A stretch of 53,047 nucleotides of DNA, from the IMG/VR virus record IMGVR_UViG_3300021509_000001, positions 1 through 53,047 of that record, one strand, 5' to 3'. A model generated the notes under the pieces. That model was not told the origin of the DNA. It worked only from the letters and a program-made list of their open reading frames with translations, and ran no database searches. Positions 8,867 to 18,000 of this stretch are shown here, piece by piece. The DNA comes from a virus. Its lineage: Duplodnaviria > Caudoviricetes. Both the position numbers and the translations under genes were made by a program. Each line of letters starts with the position of its first letter. Within the stretch, counting starts at the first letter, position 1.

Positions 8867-8907
8867 CCTCCAGGGCGGGACTGAACCGAAGAGTTCCGCC
8901 CTGGAGG
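8867..8907 (+). promoter_or_regulatory. Hairpin sequestering the RBS of gene 8915, preceded by TATAAT
   Basis: CCTCCAGGGCGGGACT / AGTTCCGCCCTGGAGG stem; TATAAT at 8861-8866. Confidence 0.6.
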
Positions 8908-8914
8908 TGACAAC

Positions 8915-9331
8915 ATGAGGTACCGCTTCACGGTCAGAAAGACCGTAGGGAAGAAAACGTACGGACCGGGAGAAGAAGCCGACGTGGGCGAGATCCTTTC
9001 TGCGATGCCGCACCTGGCTTGGCGGGGCCACGTGGTGCCGGTGGAAGCCGCGAGTCCCGACTACTACGTCCTTTACAGGTCGCTGACCACCGGCGCTAAT
9101 TGGTACGTCGCCGGGCAGATACTCGACGCCGAGGACGTCGAGCCGGAATGGATCAAAGTGGGCTACGCGGGCCCTGTGTCGGAGAGGACCGTGATGAACG
9201 CCTATGCTTGCGAGCAAGAGAACTGCAACGCGGTGTTCGTCACCAAAGAGGCCCGCCAGAAGCACAAAGAGATCACCGGCCACAAGCGCAAGTACTCGCC
9301 GCGTCGGAGGAAAGCGAGGACGAAAGCATGA
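8915..9331 (+). CDS. Hypothetical protein with C2H2-like zinc finger and basic tail
   Basis: C-x4-C-x12-H-x5-H near C-terminus; GGAGGTG RBS. Confidence 0.7.
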   Translation: MRYRFTVRKTVGKKTYGPGEEADVGEILSAMPHLAWRGHVVPVEAASPDYYVLYRSLTTGANWYVAGQILDAEDVEPEWIKVGYAGPVSERTVMNAYACEQENCNAVFVTKEARQKHKEITGHKRKYSPRRRKARTKA

Positions 9332-9714
9332 CCTGGACCTACGGGGGCAACCCGGCCGCTTCGGTGATCGACGCCATCCGGCTCGAGATAGGGGACACGA
9401 TAGAGGACGAGCAGCTCCTTCAAGACGAGGAGCTCGAGTACTTCTACGAAGAAGAAGGCTCGGTTCTCGGGGCGGCGGCCCGGGCTTGCGAGGCCATCGC
9501 GGCCAAGTTCGCCCGGGAGGCGGACCTGAAAGTCGGGGACCTCTCGCTCTCGGCCTCCCAAAAGGCCGAGCACTACAGGGAGAAAGCGAAAGCCCTGCGG
9601 GAACGCGCCCAGAAGAAAGGGTCCACGCTCGGGAAGCTGACGGCTTCCGCGATCAAGACTGACAAGTATTTCCTGAGGGACATGTTCAAGTATGACGGGA
9701 GGAGGACGGGATGA
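9328..9714 (+). CDS. Head-tail connector/adaptor
   Basis: MTWTY.G.P....DAIRLEIGDT....LLQDEEL pattern; synteny. Confidence 0.8.
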   Translation: MTWTYGGNPAASVIDAIRLEIGDTIEDEQLLQDEELEYFYEEEGSVLGAAARACEAIAAKFAREADLKVGDLSLSASQKAEHYREKAKALRERAQKKGSTLGKLTASAIKTDKYFLRDMFKYDGRRTG

Positions 9715-9965
9715 CGGAGATAATCATTTCGGTGATCGGATCCCTTATGGTCGCGCTCTACATAGCGCTTTTGCAGCAATTGTTCACCGTCAAGCGGGAG
9801 ATCACCAAAATGAGGTTCTGGTTGTTCGGGAACGGGAACCCGTCGGAACCGACCGGGCCTCTGTTCTTCAGGCTCCAAGAGCTGTCGGACCAATTGAAGG
9901 AACACTCGCGCAGGCTAGAAAGCATCGAGGAGGACCTTCGTGCCGCTCTCCCAAAGAGTCAATGA
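9711..9965 (+). CDS. Single-TM membrane protein with coiled coil
   Basis: Hydrophobic N-terminal helix; ATGA coupling. Confidence 0.65.
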   Translation: MTEIIISVIGSLMVALYIALLQQLFTVKREITKMRFWLFGNGNPSEPTGPLFFRLQELSDQLKEHSRRLESIEEDLRAALPKSQ

Positions 9966-10347
9966 AGCGCTTGACCACCTCAAGGTGCGGGTCGGGAAGG
10001 AGGTCACTTACAAGCGCTTCAAGGGCTACGAGTACGACCCGACCTCGGGGACGGTTCCCGCGTTCTGGGAAACTCCCACGTTCCGGGCGGTCGTGGGAGG
10101 GGTGTCGCACGACCTCATCGCGATCTCGGGGGGCCTCCTGACGTCGGGCGATAGGGCGATCTATTTCCCGAAGTCGGCCTTCACGAAGCAGGAGGGAGAA
10201 ACCTCTGATCCGCGGCCGGGGCCCGGCGATATCGTCGTCATCGATGGCGAGGAGTGGGGGACGGACCTCGGTGACGGCAAGGCCTTGTGGAACTTGGACC
10301 CGACGGGGACCATGTTCACGGTCTACCTGAGGAGAAGAAGTGGCTAG
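9940..10347 (+). CDS. Probable head-closure protein
   Basis: YDP.SG and P.PGD.VVIDGE.W pattern; synteny. Confidence 0.65.
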   Translation: MPLSQRVNEALDHLKVRVGKEVTYKRFKGYEYDPTSGTVPAFWETPTFRAVVGGVSHDLIAISGGLLTSGDRAIYFPKSAFTKQEGETSDPRPGPGDIVVIDGEEWGTDLGDGKALWNLDPTGTMFTVYLRRRSG

Positions 10348-10672
10348 GATCGTCTGGAATCCCGGATCCTTGCTCAGCGAAGTCAAGACCAAGGCCGCGC
10401 AGAAGATGTACCAGACGGTGACGGTCCTGGTTAACGAGGCCCGAAGGATCGTGCCTGTGAGGACGGGTTACCTTAGGAGCTCCTTGACGTGCGAGATCAC
10501 GGCGGACGGGAGGACGGGGTTCTACGGCAGTTTCCGGCCATGGGCTGGTGAGGAATCAGTTTCATACGCGATCCACGTCGAGTGCGGGACTCGCCGTATG
10601 TCTCCCAAGCCCTATCTCCGTCCGCCCCTCGAAACCAAACGGGAGGAGATCAAGCGAATATGGAGTGGTTAA
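10340..10672 (+). CDS. HK97 gp10-family neck protein
   Basis: PVRTGYLRSS, YAIHVE.GTRRM.PKPYLRP. Confidence 0.88.
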   Translation: MARIVWNPGSLLSEVKTKAAQKMYQTVTVLVNEARRIVPVRTGYLRSSLTCEITADGRTGFYGSFRPWAGEESVSYAIHVECGTRRMSPKPYLRPPLETKREEIKRIWSG

Positions 10673-10863
10673 CTTTCAAGGTGATAGAACGGGAACCGGC
10701 TTTCCGAGGCCAGGTCTTCGTCAAGGGCCTGGCGGTCCGGGAGGACGAGATCTCGCTCCTGGAAGAGCTCGCCGAAGGGCGGGCCCGGCTCGTCCTGAAA
10801 GGTGGGAAGACGTTCGAGCTCGCTGACGAGTTCGACGAGGCGGTGAGGAAGCTGAATGGCTAG
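10660..10863 (+). CDS. Small hypothetical protein
   Basis: Coupled to both neighbours; typical codon usage. Confidence 0.6.
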   Translation: MEWLTFKVIEREPAFRGQVFVKGLAVREDEISLLEELAEGRARLVLKGGKTFELADEFDEAVRKLNG

Positions 10864-11269
10864 CCTCGAGAAGGAACTGAAGGAAGCGATCTTCGACCTC
10901 CTGAAAAACGATCCCGACGTGTCGGCCATCGTGGGGACCAAGATCTTCGACACTCGGGTGCCTCCCGGCCCTTCGCCCCCTTGGGTGAGGTACTACATCG
11001 TGGCCGAGTCCGCGCTGAACGATTTCGCGGGCGCCTCTCCGGTGGGCTACCGGGTGCCGATCACGGTGGACTGCGCGGCCTCGGGCGAGGTCGCGACGGA
11101 CGCCGAGACTCTCGCCGAGCACGTTTTCGATGCGCTGGACGGGGCGTCGGGGACCACGGCCGACTTCTCTTGGAAGGCCAAGAGGACCGCGGTGAGGAAG
11201 ATCTACGATGACGGCGCGGGTGTGTGGATCGTGTCGGGGGATTATCTGTTCTTGGTCTCTCCAGTATGA
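10856..11269 (+). CDS. Tail terminator/completion protein (DUF3168-like)
   Basis: AIFDLL..D..V.AIVG.KIFD..P; position before tail tube. Confidence 0.8.
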   Translation: MASLEKELKEAIFDLLKNDPDVSAIVGTKIFDTRVPPGPSPPWVRYYIVAESALNDFAGASPVGYRVPITVDCAASGEVATDAETLAEHVFDALDGASGTTADFSWKAKRTAVRKIYDDGAGVWIVSGDYLFLVSPV

Positions 11270-11372
11270 GGGCGATTTTAGGGATGCTGAAAATCCTTGA
11301 ACTGCTCCGCTCTTCTCAAGATAGTCTAACGAAGGCTTCGGCCTTCATTACAAACTAGGAGGTGTTAGGAAA

Positions 11373-11789
11373 ATGGCAGAAATCTTCCGTGGTTTCGATG
11401 GCTACTGTATGGTAGGCGACAAAGTCATCGGGGGCCTGAACCACTGGACCATCACCATCACGGCCGAGACCCAGGAAGTGTCCGCGTTCAACCCGACCGC
11501 GGCCACGACCTGGGAGAAGCGGGCCCGGAAGTACGTCCCCGGCGCGATCGGCTGGACCGCCACGTTCGACGGCTTCTTCGACGCGACCGACGAGGGCCAG
11601 CAGGCGATCAAGGATGCCGTGGTGGAGGGCACCGAAGTTTCCCTGTACTTCCACCTCGACGGCGACCGTTACTACGCCGGAAAAGGGCTCCTCACCTCGG
11701 AGAACCCCGACGTGACCTGGGACGGCGTCGCGACCATAAGCTGGGACGTGCAGGGGACCGGTCCCCTCGAGAAGTACGGTTGGACGTGA
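11373..11789 (+). CDS. Major tail tube protein
   Basis: W.ITI.AET.EVS.F, Y.PG..GW.ATFDG, QGTGPL motifs; strong RBS. Confidence 0.85.
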   Translation: MAEIFRGFDGYCMVGDKVIGGLNHWTITITAETQEVSAFNPTAATTWEKRARKYVPGAIGWTATFDGFFDATDEGQQAIKDAVVEGTEVSLYFHLDGDRYYAGKGLLTSENPDVTWDGVATISWDVQGTGPLEKYGWT

Positions 11790-11868
11790 CGGCGAGCTAG
11801 GGCTACAATAGGACCGGCAGACACCCTGGCCCACCCTGGCTTTCTGCCTCCTTTCCGGGCGCGGCTCC

Positions 11869-11898
11869 TTGCGGGCCGCGCCTCGTTTTCCGTATAAT
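11869..11898 (+). promoter_or_regulatory. Sigma70-like promoter for the glycan cassette (leaderless)
   Basis: TTGCGG-18-TATAAT, ATG 7 nt downstream. Confidence 0.6.
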
Positions 11899-11905
11899 GG
11901 CCGAG

Positions 11906-13003
11906 ATGCTGGCGATACTGATGGGGACGCGTCCCGAAGTCATCAAGCTCGCCCCTGTGGTATGGGAACTCGAGCGGAGAGGAATCCCTCACGAGGTGTG
12001 GGCGGTCACCCAGCATTTCGAGCTCCTCGAGACCGCGCTGAAAGAGTTCCGGATCGAACCGGATTATCGGATCGAAGTTCCCCGTTCCGACTCTTCGCTT
12101 TTGAGCTTTTCGGAAGAGACCCTCGGCCGGCTCAAATTCCTGTTCAAGGCCCGCGGGCCGAGGGCGGTCATCGTGCAAGGCGATACCATCACGGCTTGGC
12201 TGGGAGCTTACGTCGCATTCCTCCGGAAGGTGCCCGTCTTCCACGTCGAGGCCGGGGTGAGGTCGCTTTGCCTGGCGGAGCCGTTTCCCGAGGAGGCCTT
12301 GCGCCGTTGGATAGACGAGGTCGCGGAAATCAAATTCTGCCCGACTAACCAGACCTGGATCAACCTATGGAACGAACATTTGGAGCACCACAGTTACCTC
12401 GTGGGGAACACGGGCATCGACGCCCTGAAGTGGGCGCTGGAAAAATCGGGTCCGGTTCCGGACAAACATCTGAAAATCGAGATCGATCTCCACCGGCGGG
12501 AACATTGGGGCAAGATCCCTTCCGTCATTCGGGCGTTGTCAGACCTGGCGCGGAACTTCCTGCGTTGGCGATTCTGTTTCGTGCTCCATCCTGCGGTGGC
12601 TTCCGATCTTCCTTCTTCGGCGCCTCCCAATTGCGAATTCCTCAAGCCGCTGTCCTACGCGAATTTCTGCCGGCTCCTCCGCGAAAGCCAGTTTTGCGTC
12701 ACGGACTCGGGAGGAGTCCAGGAGGAAGCCGCTTACCTCGGGATCCCGTGCCTCGTAGCTCGGGATCATTGCGATAGGCCGGAGTCGATAAACGAAGGGA
12801 TCGCGATCCAAGTCGGGAGCGACCCGGAAAACATCGCCAAGACCGCCGAAAAACTCATCAGGAACGAGGCGTGGAGGAAGAAGATGGCCAAGCCGTCCAA
12901 GGTCTTCGGGGACGGGACGGCGGCCAGGAAGATAGGCGAGATCCTGGAAGCGTGGGTGAAAGACTTCGAGAAAGGAGTGACGAAACGTGGAGAAAGTCGC
13001 TAA
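11906..13003 (+). CDS. wecB: UDP-N-acetylglucosamine 2-epimerase
   Basis: GTRPEVIKLAPV, VQGDT, HVEAGVRS, PFPEE, VGNTGIDAL, HRRE, TDSGGVQEEA, FGDG.AA. Confidence 0.93.
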   Translation: MLAILMGTRPEVIKLAPVVWELERRGIPHEVWAVTQHFELLETALKEFRIEPDYRIEVPRSDSSLLSFSEETLGRLKFLFKARGPRAVIVQGDTITAWLGAYVAFLRKVPVFHVEAGVRSLCLAEPFPEEALRRWIDEVAEIKFCPTNQTWINLWNEHLEHHSYLVGNTGIDALKWALEKSGPVPDKHLKIEIDLHRREHWGKIPSVIRALSDLARNFLRWRFCFVLHPAVASDLPSSAPPNCEFLKPLSYANFCRLLRESQFCVTDSGGVQEEAAYLGIPCLVARDHCDRPESINEGIAIQVGSDPENIAKTAEKLIRNEAWRKKMAKPSKVFGDGTAARKIGEILEAWVKDFEKGVTKRGESR

Positions 13004-13190
13004 AGCGGGGCCGATCGTGCTTTTGCGCGAACAAACGACGGAAGGGGCGGTCCTCAATTTCATCGTCCTTTCGGGAGGGAGAGTCCTCCAAGTCTTTTCG
13101 CTCCGGGAGCGCCACCTGATCGGCCACCGGAGCGCGGTCGAGCTCCTCTCGGAGTTCGTGGAAGACTTGAAAGAAAAGGAGGGCATGTGA
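12987..13190 (+). CDS. Small hypothetical protein
   Basis: AAAGGAG RBS; coupled between wecB and the glycosyltransferase. Confidence 0.55.
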   Translation: MEKVAKAGPIVLLREQTTEGAVLNFIVLSGGRVLQVFSLRERHLIGHRSAVELLSEFVEDLKEKEGM

Positions 13191-14251
13191 GGATCTGCTT
13201 CGGCATTTCGACGTACTCCTCGCTCCTCGAGCCTCGGATGGGCTCGGAGCGGGCCGTGATGGGAGCGGCCAAGGCCCTCGCCAAACGAGGCCACAAAGTG
13301 GACATCGTGCCCCTCCTGCACGACGCTCCCAAGGAAGGATGCGACGTTTACCACTGGTGGAACGCGGGAGGCCCCAAGGGGCCTCTCCTCGCGTTCGCCC
13401 GCTTCGCCCACGAGCTGGGCAAGCCTTGCGTGTGCACTCCGATCTACTGGCCGCCCACGCCCGGGTTTTACCGGCTCCTGGTCGAATGGAACGGGGAAGA
13501 GAAGGCCCTGGAATTCCTGCGGACCGTGTCGGCTTGGAACTCGTCTCTGGCCAAGGCCGTGGCTGAAACGGACTTCATGTGCCCCAATTCGGAGCGGGAA
13601 GGCGATCTGGTCCGGGCTTTGGTCCGTTCCGCGGAGAGGGAACCCCCGCCCGGCGAATGGGTCCCCAACGCGGTCGATCTTGACGAAATCGAGTCGGTCG
13701 AGCCGGTCCCGTGGGAAGAGAGGAACCTGATCGCTTGCGTGGCCCGGCTGGAACCGGCGAAAGGCCAGCACCGTCTCGCTTCGGCGTTCGGGGAATTCAG
13801 GAAAAAGCACCCCGAAGCCGGCCTGGTCTTGGCGGGCGAGATGCAGGACGGCTACCTTTGCCGTTACAGGAAGGCGTTTTATCAAGAGGGGATCAACCTG
13901 CCCGGCTTGCTCAAGCCTCTGAAGGTGATGGCGCTTTTGGCCGAGTCGAGGGTCCATGCCATGCTGTCCATGCACGACACGCCGGGACTGTCGCACCTGG
14001 AAGCCGCCGCCCTCGGTTGCGGGCTGGTGGTCTCGCTTCCGGACTACGGGACTTTCCGGGAATACTGGCCCAGGGAATGGCTGGTGGAAGTCGACCCGCT
14101 CGACGAGGGCTCGGTCTACGAAGGGCTGGAGCGGGCTTGGAGAAAACCTCCGCCCGAAGAGATGGCGGCTTTCACGCGGGAACGGTACAATTACGGCGTG
14201 GTCGCGGAGAAACTTGAGAAGATATACGATCGGTTACTTGGAGGTGGGTAA
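13187..14251 (+). CDS. GT4 (GT-B) glycosyltransferase
   Basis: G.ER....AKALAKRGHKV, PNAVD, VARLEPAKG, GLSHLEAAALG. Confidence 0.88.
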   Translation: MRICFGISTYSSLLEPRMGSERAVMGAAKALAKRGHKVDIVPLLHDAPKEGCDVYHWWNAGGPKGPLLAFARFAHELGKPCVCTPIYWPPTPGFYRLLVEWNGEEKALEFLRTVSAWNSSLAKAVAETDFMCPNSEREGDLVRALVRSAEREPPPGEWVPNAVDLDEIESVEPVPWEERNLIACVARLEPAKGQHRLASAFGEFRKKHPEAGLVLAGEMQDGYLCRYRKAFYQEGINLPGLLKPLKVMALLAESRVHAMLSMHDTPGLSHLEAAALGCGLVVSLPDYGTFREYWPREWLVEVDPLDEGSVYEGLERAWRKPPPEEMAAFTRERYNYGVVAEKLEKIYDRLLGGG

Positions 14252-14643
14252 TGGCAGTGAAAGATCCTGAGGTAGCCGCCGCCCTGGAGCGGGCCCGGCA
14301 GACCTATAAAACATTCCAGGTCGGGGAGGCCCGGCTCAAGTTCGGCCGTTTGACGCTCGAAGATAACATCGCGATTAAGGAAGAGACCGGCTTCGACTTG
14401 TTCGGCGAGTCCCTCGCCGCAGGAGAGGCGGGAGCGCCGAACGTCGCCCTCCGGCTTTCGCCCCAGGTCCAGCTCGCCGTCCTTTTCCGTTCCCTCAAGC
14501 GGTGCTATCCCGACATCACGAAACAAGAAGTCTCGGAGCTGTCGACTCTGATGCCTCTGAATGACATCCTCCGCGTCATCGTCTGGGCGTTGACGGGGAC
14601 CGAGCCTCCGCCCCTGGAGGAGACGGAGGGAAAAGCAGGGTAG
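14251..14643 (+). CDS. Tail assembly chaperone (G)
   Basis: Position before tape measure; ends in a slippery site. Confidence 0.75.
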   Translation: MAVKDPEVAAALERARQTYKTFQVGEARLKFGRLTLEDNIAIKEETGFDLFGESLAAGEAGAPNVALRLSPQVQLAVLFRSLKRCYPDITKQEVSELSTLMPLNDILRVIVWALTGTEPPPLEETEGKAG

Positions 14644-14894
14644 CGCCTCCTCGGAGGCGAGGCGTCCCGGTCCTCCGCTGGGACGTGTGGGCGCCCTTGA
14701 TCCTCCACGCCTATCCGGGCTACCGGGTCGAGCACCTGTTGAAAGCGAACCTGTCCGAACTCATGTTGCTCCTTGGCGGCTTGGGATGGGTCGAGAAATG
14801 GAACCTGTTGCGCGAGCCCATGATCGACAAGCAAACCAGACGCAAGCTGAAAATCCCAGGCATTGTGGATTATTATTACCCAAGGAAGCCTTGA
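14628..14894 (+). CDS. -1 frameshift extension of tail chaperone (GT)
   Basis: G GGA AAA at 14628-14634, hairpin CGCCTC-CTCG-GAGGCG at 14644; -1 frame open to 14894. Confidence 0.75.
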   Translation, partial: GKSRVAPPRRRGVPVLRWDVWAPLILHAYPGYRVEHLLKANLSELMLLLGGLGWVEKWNLLREPMIDKQTRRKLKIPGIVDYYYPRKP

Positions 14895-14929
14895 TTCTCA
14901 GCATAGTTTGTTATAAGCTTACTCTGCAC

Positions 14930-15044
14930 GAGTTGCAGGCTCCAAGCTGCGATTACTAAGGCGCCCACGCGGATAGAGCGAAGCAACCTGAGGTAGTGCG
15001 GGCTGCCCGAGTTCAGCAGGCGGCCTGCCCCTTACTTGTAGCCC
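14930..15044 (+). ncRNA. Candidate structured ncRNA (irregular rod-like hairpin), family unknown
   Basis: Promoter TTGATT-17-TAAGCT (14891-14919); nested end-to-end pairing; no convincing ORF. Confidence 0.4.
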
Positions 15045-15094
15045 CTTTCCGAAAATGCTTGAGCCGATCTCGCCTTCTTCCTTAAGCTGGCCTT

Positions 15095-18000
15095 GTGATG
15101 GCCGGCCAGCCTCTAGCTGAAGCGTATGTGCGCATCGGTCTGGACACCCGCGAGTTCGAAAGGGGACTAGCGGGCTCCAAAGCCGCTTTCGCAGCCACGG
15201 CCAATTCTATCCAGAACTCTGCTCGCCAACTTTCGGCCGGAGTGATGGCTGCTTTTGCCGGCATCGCCGCAGCTGCCGCTTCCTTGAAGAAAGTCACCCA
15301 AAGCGCTACCGAATTTGACCGGAGTATGCGCGAAGTCTGGACCCTCATGGACGTTTCCGAAAAAGAAATGCGCGAGCTGGCTAGCCGAGTCGAAGAACTC
15401 GGCGTGCGTTACGGCCAAACTGGCGCGAAATCTTTAAAGGCGTTCTACCAGATAGTCTCTGCATCATTTTCAGGCGCAGAAGGAATGAAAGTTCTGGACG
15501 TGGCCATGAAATCCGCCGTGGCTGGTATCACAGATGTCTACACTTCGGCTGACGCCTTGACTTCCATTTTGAATGCCTACCGAATGAGTGCGGATGAAGC
15601 TGAACATGTATCCGACGTGATGTTCCAGACCGTGAAACGCGGGAAAACGACTATGAGTGAACTGTCTGCTACTATCGGACGGCTCACCGGAATCGCCGCT
15701 CCTGCGGGAGTCTCGATTGAAGAATTGGGCGCAGCGATCGCGGCTTTAACTCGTGGAGGTCTCGCGACCGATGAAGCGGTTACAGCTTTAAGAGCGGCGA
15801 TCGTGGAACTCCAGAAACCTTCGGAAGCCCTCCAAGCCATTATCCAGGATCTTGGCTATGAAACGGGAACTGCCGCGATAAAAGCGGAAGGATTTTTCCC
15901 TCTGCTCCGGAAGATAGCCGAAAAAGCTGAAGAAGCGGGAATTCCGCTAACAGATTTGTTCGGTAACATCAGATCGCTGACCGCAGTCCTTCCTTTGGCC
16001 GGTGACCAGGCGGAGGCGGTTGCTAAAGATCTTGAGGCCATGCGGAATGCGGCGGGCTCGACCGACAAAGCCTTCCAGAAAATGGCCGAGGGCGTTTCAT
16101 TCCAGACGCAACAACTGTCCGCCGCATTCGATCAATTGTCTACTAAAATCGGAAGCTTGGTCATCCCAGTCTTTCTGGACTTGATGAACAACGTCCTCAA
16201 CCCCTTTATCGACACTTTGCGATGGGCCGCAGAAGGACTCCAAAGCGTCATAAATGTGTCGGTTGAAGTCACAGGTCTTGAAGACGCCGAGGCCAGCTTC
16301 GCTGAATTCACCGCTGGATTGGAGAGGATGCTGACGACTGGGCTCCTGGCTTGGGCCATGAAGGCCTTCGGCGGAAAAGTCTCTCCCCTCGCGGGACGGA
16401 TCGGTTTCTCCATTCCGCTGATTATCCAGTTCCTGACGGAGATCCGCTACGCGATCGAGAAACCTGAATTCGGCCCGCTCATTTCCGAGCTTTACAGGGC
16501 TCTGGAGGAAGCATTTCCGGGCGCTTTGATCGGGGGCTTGCTGTTCGGCTTGCCGGGAGCAGTTGCAGGAGCCGCGGTAAGCATTTTGATCCCGACCATC
16601 ATTCGCTTCGAAACCGACGTCCAGGCGGCTTTGGAAGAGCAACGAGCTGAGTTAGGGAAAACGTTGGAGCAGGTTCTCACGTTGGAAGTCGAGATAGAGC
16701 CCAAGTTGCCTGAGGTGGAGGCGCTTCCTTTCACGCTCGTTGAGCTCGGCATCACGGACATGCTGAACCAGGTCAGGACTGCCATCACGGAGTGGACCCA
16801 AGGTCGCTTGTCTCTCCAAAAAGCGGCCAGTGAAGCCGCATCGATCGTGAGTCGGGCGATGGCAAACATGGGCTTGGAGTTCCGTGACTTGGTTCCGTGG
16901 TTGTACCAAGAGTTCAAAGAAGTCCCCGCGGCATTCTGGGAAGCTTGGCTGTCCGAGATGGGGACTTCGGTCGCGGAATTCACAACCCTTCTCGCGCAGC
17001 AGGCGAAAAAGGTGACTCCGAAGGTCGAAGTGGAGGCGCCGCCGATCACTTTGCCGGGATTCGCGGCGCCGGAAGCCCCGCAAGCTCCGATCACGTTGCC
17101 GGGGTTTGCTCCCGCTGAAGTTCCTTCGTTAATAGACATTATTCGCCAATATCAGGCAGCGCAAAGCCAGGCTACTTCTGCGGCCGAAGGGGCGGCGCAG
17201 AGCAGTGAACAAGCGTCGAACGCGGCCCAGAAGGCGGCCTCGGCTGTCGAAGTTTGGGCACGGCAGGTCAAAGCGGGGACTTTGTCCGTGGCCGATTTTC
17301 TCGACAAGGTACGGCAAGCAGCCCAAGCTCAGGGAGTCACGGCCGAGAAACTGATTGAGTATTACGCGGTAGTCGCCGAGTTGTACAACTGGTTCCAAGA
17401 CCTTGGGGAAGCCCAGGCGGCATTCTTCGGTTCGTCCGAAAAAGCGAAAGCCGCGGCGGACTTGTTGGCGGACTTTCTTGGAATAGAGGTCGAGAAGCGG
17501 AGGCAGGCCACAGATGCGTTTACGAAAGAACTGGAGAAGATAACCCAACCCAGCGCCGAGGCGGCTCGAAAGCTGCTGGAACTCGCTCGAAACGCGACGC
17601 CAGAACAGTTGGTTCAGCTGAACCAGAAATTCCGGGCTCTACTACAGACGGGCAAGGAGCTCTACGAAGCCCAAAGCATTTACGGCGGTGCGACGGCACA
17701 AGTGACCGAGAACTTGCGTGCCTTTCTCCAGGTCCTCGGTTTCGGCCCGGCGAGAGTGGAAGACATCTTGGCCTCATTGGGCGTGCTCGAACAGGCGGGG
17801 CCCTCTCTCGCCGAGCAGTTGGAGAAACTGAGAGTCCCGACAGGAGCGACGGGCGCGGCCCTTGCATCCTTGGCGCGGCAAGCCGGCGGTGATTCATTAG
17901 CTCTAAAGGAAATTTACGACAAGGCACAGTCCCTGATTCAGTTGGCGCCCCAACTTATTAAGGCCTATGAATTTTTTGGGCTATCAACTGAAAAAGTCAC

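Noticed and set aside
12539-13996. 485-aa minus-strand ORF
   Set aside because: Shadow of wecB/GT4 with no recognisable motifs
14930-15044. Assignment as 6S, SRP, HEARO or a ribozyme
   Set aside because: No diagnostic motif could be matched by eye; left unassigned
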